Shown here: positions 61,401 to 64,000 of the stretch, piece after piece | Layout of the letters: the number at the start of each line of letters is the position of its first letter | Numbering within the stretch: the stretch's first letter is position 1 | Assembly (NCBI RefSeq): GCF_035084215.1 | Contig: NC_090340.1 | Span: 3,906,001-3,970,000, forward strand | From: Heptranchias perlo | Lineage: Eukaryota | Reading direction: 5' to 3' | DNA: 64,000 nt | Made by a program: the position numbers and the translations under genes | Notes under the pieces: generated by a model | What the model was told of the DNA's origin: nothing | The model's database searches: none | Seen by the model: the letters and a program-made list of their open reading frames with translations, nothing else

Positions 61401-62853
61401 TGTAAGATTTATTTCCTTGGTGATATCCGTCCTAGATCTCCTGAGTCAAAAGAAATTAAAGTGAGACCCAGTAGACGGGATCTCCGACGAGTCCCACTGG
61501 TGATCAAGGGGAATAAATGTAGAAAGAGTAAAAGGATTTTCGAAGATTTGTTTCACTCAAAGGGTTATTAGAGCGTGGGGTAGATCGGCAGAAGGGTTAT
61601 TGAAGGAAATCAAACACAGGGATTAGGGGGGAATTACATTAATATTAATGCGGGGGTGGGCAGAGTACAGCCCTGAGGTAGAGAACTCTTTCTGAGCTTA
61701 AACTTCTCTAATTTAACCGGGAAGTAAATGGACACGGAACACGGAGACAGTAAAATTCAGCGAGACTCTGCCGATGAATGGGTCACAGATGGGTCACTCA
61801 ATGAGGATTCATATTGCGCCAGCAAGGATCCCAGTCGGAAACTGAGATCCGTCGACTTACTTGATCCTTAAGAAGTGGTGGATACGGATCTCTGTAACTG
61901 CAGAATATTGGGAGGTTGGTAAATTTGATACTACTTTGGCGCCTCTCCCTTTTAATTCGTGATATCGGAAACGAACAAAGACTTGAAATAATTCACACAG
62001 AGCGAGAACCGGGGTCAGGACTGGAACATTATCTGGGGAATGAATCGAGTGAGTGAGCTCTGGTACAGGACAACTGGACGCGTTTTAGACCTAAACAACG
62101 AGTCCCAGACTGGAACAGAGACAATAATTTCCTTCATGCTTTTGTATTAATTTATCACTCAGTCAGCGAAACCATATTATAGAATACTGTCTCCCTTTTA
62201 TCAACGCAGAAACCGATTTAGAACGTAGGCCTAAATCACAGTGAAACACCAGCAGAAATAGACACCGCGAGATTGAAGAGATCCCACGGGACTGTTTCGG
62301 TTTAACTCGGACTTAAATTCATTTCAGTGCCAAGACATGGGGCCTTCCCGTCACCGAGTGCTGGATAAAGACAAGAACGAAATAAATATCGCCATGTTTT
62401 GTTTCAAGCAAATCAAGCGTTCGTTATTAATTCTAATATGGCGGTAAAATTTCCCTCTTAAAGGGACTCTGCAGATGCTCCATGCTCTCCCTTCTCGCCG
62501 TCTGTTCTTTCCTTTGTCCAATGTAATATACGAGTAGTGATTTCAACTCAATTCCTTTATCTCCTTTCCAGTGCCGCCAACTCCTGTGAAGATTACCCGT
62601 CTGCACTCTCCGTCTCTCACACTCCTCTGTACAACGGCCGTTTTTTTCCCCGAGGAGTTAAACCTCACTTGGTATCAAAATGGCTCCAAGATTACATCTG
62701 GGATAAACTTGGTGGAAACACGGAGCGAAGATGGATTGTATCAAGTTTCCAGCTCCCTCATCTCTGAGCAGAGTGGGACGGTTTATATCTGCGAGGTGTC
62801 CCATGCCTCTCTCCCGGTTCCAGCCAACGCCAGCTACACGGTTCGTGATCCGG
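58401..62853 (+). CDS. Gene 3 (3'-partial): V(J)-C1 IgSF receptor; exons 58401-58455, 58652-58972, 62572-62853
   Basis: Canonical phase-1 GT-AG introns and an open frame. By colinearity with gene 2 the TM exon is expected about 0.6 kb past the window end. Confidence 0.88.
58652..58972 (+). CDS. Gene 3 exon 2, VJ-type V domain
   Basis: VTQFP...VSIYC...VYWRR...ESGVYYC...GNGTDIIV; G|GTGAGT donor. Confidence 0.93.
59250..59845 (-). mobile_element. Older family B LINE fragment
   Basis: Paralog of 43340-43950. Confidence 0.85.
62572..62853 (+). CDS. Gene 3 exon 3, C1-set domain
   Basis: LTLLCTTAVFFPEELNLTWYQNG...DGLYQVSSSL...YICEVSH; G|GTAAGA donor. Confidence 0.93.
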
Positions 62854-64000
62854 GTAAGAGACCCACCATCTCACCACTGCAGTAAGCTGTATCTGTATTA
62901 CATATAGGAGTGATTCAGGGACTTACAGTGTCAAAAAAGCTTTTGAGGCGGCCCCTCACAGTGCTCATTGTGCAAGAAGGATTCCTCCGCAATTGAACGG
63001 CGGATCCATGTTTGGTTGGGGAATTAATTGCCTTCTCGTTGACAGTGGGTAGACTTTAATAGTTGTGGGACAATGCAGCCAGTCAGGATACGTGGAGGAG
63101 TAACAGAAGTTGGTACTTGCTGGTCAAAATGTTGAAATGAGCCATACTTTCGAAACACAATACCTGACGTAATGCAATGAGCGGGGAAACCCATCTCCAC
63201 TGCCCAGCTCTTCAACTACATGGGCAGGTCCTCCATTGTCTGCTACTAGAGGGGTCCATTAGCGATCGCTGTAAGAATTGCTTTTCTTGATTCATATCAA
63301 TCATCTGGTTGAAGGCGGCCACTAGTTCACTGATGGTACAAATATCTGCTGATGTCAGAACCCTTAAGGAGAAAACATTAACAATCGGATCTAGATGCGA
63401 TAGGGGAATGGGCCTGTATCTGGCAGATGACATTTAAAGTAGATAAATGTAGTCTAATGCATGTGGGTGGGTTTAATACCAAACATGTGTGTACAGTGCT
63501 AGGCTCTGAATTAAAGTCTGTTGAGGGGCAAAGAGACATGGGTGTTAGTGTCTGAATCTCTAAATTCCACGACCAAGGCCGAGGGGTGATGACCAAAGCT
63601 AGTAGAATATAAAGATGTATAGCCGGGACAAACCGATAGAAACAAAGAGCACCATAATGTCCTTTCCCTTGAGCAGAACCCATCTGCAATATTGTGTCCA
63701 GTTCTGATTCCCTCATATGGTGAGAGTTATAAGGGCATTGGGGAAAAAGTTCAGCGCAGAGCCACGAGATTGATATTATTTTAAAAACCCTTAGTTATCA
63801 CGATAGGTTCAAGGATTTGGGTATTTGTACTGTCGAAAAGCGTAGACTTCGGGATATTAATTGAACGATGAAGGGACTGGACTGTGTACACGTGGATAGA
63901 TCACTTGAATTAAATTGTTCGCGAGAACGAGGGCTCGTGGGTACATGTCATTTAAGCACAGAATAAGGTTAGATATCTGGAGGATAGTCATCGTCCAGAA

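Overview
This is vertebrate DNA, not prokaryotic. The repeat content (many CR1 LINEs with (ATTCTATG)n tails, a second CR1/L2-group LINE family, L2, Deu-type SINEs, Penelope-like elements) points to a cartilaginous fish (inference). The main host content is a tandem cluster of three + strand immunoglobulin-superfamily receptor genes with the layout leader / pre-joined VJ-type V domain / single C1-set domain / TM / cytoplasmic tail. Gene 1 (10067-24395) assembles by hand into 7 phase-compatible exons (358 aa). It has a Lys in the TM region and a SIRPalpha-like ITIM-ITSM-ITIM tail. Gene 2 (42607-50848) is a pseudogene. Gene 3 (58401 to beyond the window) is its apparently intact duplicate. Other notable items: a decayed lokiretrovirus-like provirus (RNase H-integrase-env-LTR, - strand, about 307-4990); a near full-length CR1 with an esterase ORF1 and a 68-bp 5' monomer array inside a gene 1 intron; a near-perfect 470-bp inverted repeat; and two Penelope-like remnants carrying three minimal hammerhead ribozyme motifs, two of them in a 500-bp palindrome with a 13-bp TSD. 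Most ORFs in the supplied track are LINE fragments or their antisense shadows. Transposon boundaries are approximate; exon boundaries were read from splice signals.
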